The notes beneath the pieces were generated by a model that was given only the letters and a program-made list of their open reading frames with translations, was not told where the DNA came from and did no database searches. A stretch of DNA of 63,951 nucleotides, counting the filler, from Octopus bimaculoides (taxonomy: Eukaryota): the NCBI RefSeq assembly GCF_001194135.2. It is 11 parts of 9 records of this genome, joined end to end, with 100 filler letters (N's around TTAATTAATTAA, not from the genome) between each part and the next. Parts side by side here need not be neighbours in the genome. Positions count along the whole stretch, not along the records: positions 59,403 to 62,276 come from NC_068983.1; positions 62,377 to 63,951 come from NW_026345126.1; 9 more parts are not named here. One strand, given 5' to 3'. Shown piece by piece: positions 61,955 through 63,951 of the stretch (position 1 is the first letter of the stretch; each line of letters begins with the position of its first letter). Both the position numbers and the translations under genes were made by a program.

Positions 61955-62376
61955 GGATAGATAGATGGACAGACAAACAGATTAGGTAGATAGATAGAAT
62001 GATAAAATACAGCAAATGGAAAGCAATGAACACACACACACTGGCCGGATGCCATAAACACTGGTTTTCGTCAAACCAGCAATGTTTCAAACAACATCAA
62101 GCTTGGTTGCTAATAAAAGAGTTGACCCGTTGGTCAACCAAGTACAAAATATCCCCCTTCTCTTTCTCTCTGTTCTCTCTCTTTCTCTCTCCCTCTCTCT
62201 CTCTCTCTCTCCCTCTCCACGGAAACTATAAATGTATTTAGGAAAAAAAGAAAGAGATAAGTATAAAAGAAAAAAANNNNNNNNNNNNNNNNNNNNNNNN
62301 NNNNNNNNNNNNNNNNNNNNTTAATTAATTAANNNNNNNNNNNNNNNNNNNNNNNNNNNNNNNNNNNNNNNNNNNN

Positions 62377-62848
62377 ACACACGGAACGTCAGACGAATTA
62401 CATATCTAACAGTCCATATAACACCAGTGGGGCGCCACGAACGGTACGGAGCCCGGAAAATGTGAACACGCCAGACAAGCATTGATACGGAGTCCGAATC
62501 GCTCTGCTTGGAGGCATTCCACTGAACTTGGCACAAGTAATCGATCAGTAATCGATTTTGCATGAAGACCTGAATTTCCACCCGTACAAATTGGTCACTG
62601 GGCAACAGTTGAAACCATGGGACTATGCAGAGAGCAATGCTGGAGAGAGTGGAGGCCAACTTACAAGAACGCCTCCAGAAATGCATCAATGAAAACAGAC
62701 ACCACATGATGGATGCTGTTTTTCACACTTGATTTTGACGAATGCTGATTCAATACTAACACATTGATGTCAAAAAAACTTGTTTGCAGCTAAAATTAAT
62801 GATTTTGTGAATTTTTCAAAAACGTCCGTCCTCTTTGCCCACTCTCTA
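62377..62848 (+). mobile_element. Tc1/mariner (rosa/HPYK-type) deletion derivative
   Basis: GRPRTVRSPENV..ALIRSPNRSA.RHSTELG.S.RSV..ILHEDLNFHPYKL..QQLKP.DYA is joined directly to the C-terminal LERVEANLQERLQKCINEN.HHMMDAVFHT*. The catalytic core is deleted and a TIR-like end lies near 62848. Confidence 0.8.
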
Positions 62849-63125
62849 AATACACGAAGACACCATCATATATATATTAAGATCAGGTGGTGGTTAAGAA
62901 GATCACTACCCAACCGCGTGTTTCTGGGTACCACCCCGATCCATAATATCTTGGGAATATGATACCCGGAAATATAATTACGAATTGAGCAATAACCTGT
63001 GATGAGAGTTTGATGAAAAGAAATTGTACTGGGCTTGTCTATGTTGAATGTGCGTATGTGTGAATGTATGTGTGATGTATGCATATATACAAGCCTCTCT
63101 CTGTGTGTGTACATATATGTGTGTG

Positions 63126-63230
<105 letters not shown>

Positions 63231-63249
63231 ATGTATGTATGTATGTATA

Positions 63250-63506
63250 CCAGCTGGTGTACCCGGTAATTCCCGGGGGTGGTAAAAATGTTCTGTTGAA
63301 ATGCCTTATTAACTCTGATATAAGAAAACAATATCCAGGGGCCGTATTATCGATTTTTTTTTCAACAATCTAAGTATGTCACGAGGTTTCCAGACACGAG
63401 TTCTACTCACGTGTCAAGTTTCATCAAAATCAATAAAACGATGTAGGAACAGTTAGCTAATAACGCCACAAACAAACAAACACCGATTTTCCCCATATGT
63501 TGTAGA
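63250..63506 (-). mobile_element. Non-autonomous Helitron (257 bp)
   Basis: On the minus strand: A|TC 5' end at 63506, (TTTG)n near the 5' end, GC hairpin CCCGG-N6-CCGGG at 63261-63277, and CTGG|T 3' end at 63250. This is the full A|TC...CTRR|T signature. Confidence 0.8.
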
Positions 63507-63951
63507 TACATATGTGTGTGTATGTGTATGTATACATACATGTGTGTGCGTGTGTGTGTGTAAACTAATATATATATACATATATAAACATACAAATCTA
63601 CTAATAATGGCAAGTAAAGACTGGCTTGAAAAACCCTTTCGGATGGAAAACGTCCCTAAAAATTTACATCCAATTCTTTATAGATTTATATGATGTGCCT
63701 CGAAAGCCAATGTTCCAGACACAAATATTTTACGTACACTTGAAAGTTTATAAAAATCATATGATATCAAATACATATATAAAAAAAAACATGCATTTAT
63801 ATTTTAAGATTTCTCAAAGGTAAAACTATACCAATTACCTGGTGTAATATATATACATAGTTTTGACTTCAATCGTCCCTCCTAGTGTGAGGCATTTATG
63901 TATAGTAATGCCCTTAATATAATAAATATATTTAAAGGGAATAATTAATAA

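Noticed and set aside
62870-63030. WVP...ITCDES fragment as a mariner or piggyBac transposase
   Set aside because: It is too short and frameshifted to assign with confidence.

Overview
This is AT-rich, microsatellite-saturated eukaryotic DNA from a gapped draft assembly. The SINE/LINE repertoire and simple-repeat density suggest a coleoid cephalopod, probably Octopus (inference). Ten artificial 100-bp linkers (44 N + TTAATTAATTAA + 44 N) join short scaffolds, so order and orientation across them cannot be trusted. The one confidently identified gene is ribosomal protein S11 (RPS11/uS17): three spliced coding exons at 9807-10464 (+), with the tiny first coding exon not found. Several small exon candidates may be pieces of a large, unidentified, fragmented gene. 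The rest is mostly transposon debris: RTE, CR1-like, Tx1/L1-like and R4/Dong/HERO-like LINEs, a Penelope-like RT, a Ty3/gypsy integrase, Merlin, pogo, mariner, maT and rosa-like DNA transposons, MITEs, Helitrons and at least three tRNA-derived SINE families. The most unusual structure is at 43.7-44.7 kb: a ~340-bp inverted repeat with a type I hammerhead-ribozyme-like motif in each arm and a circularly permuted extra segment. This resembles a retrozyme or Penelope pLTR unit, and a SINE tail is inserted at the predicted cleavage site of one copy. All calls are from manual reading only; no searches or folding computations were run.
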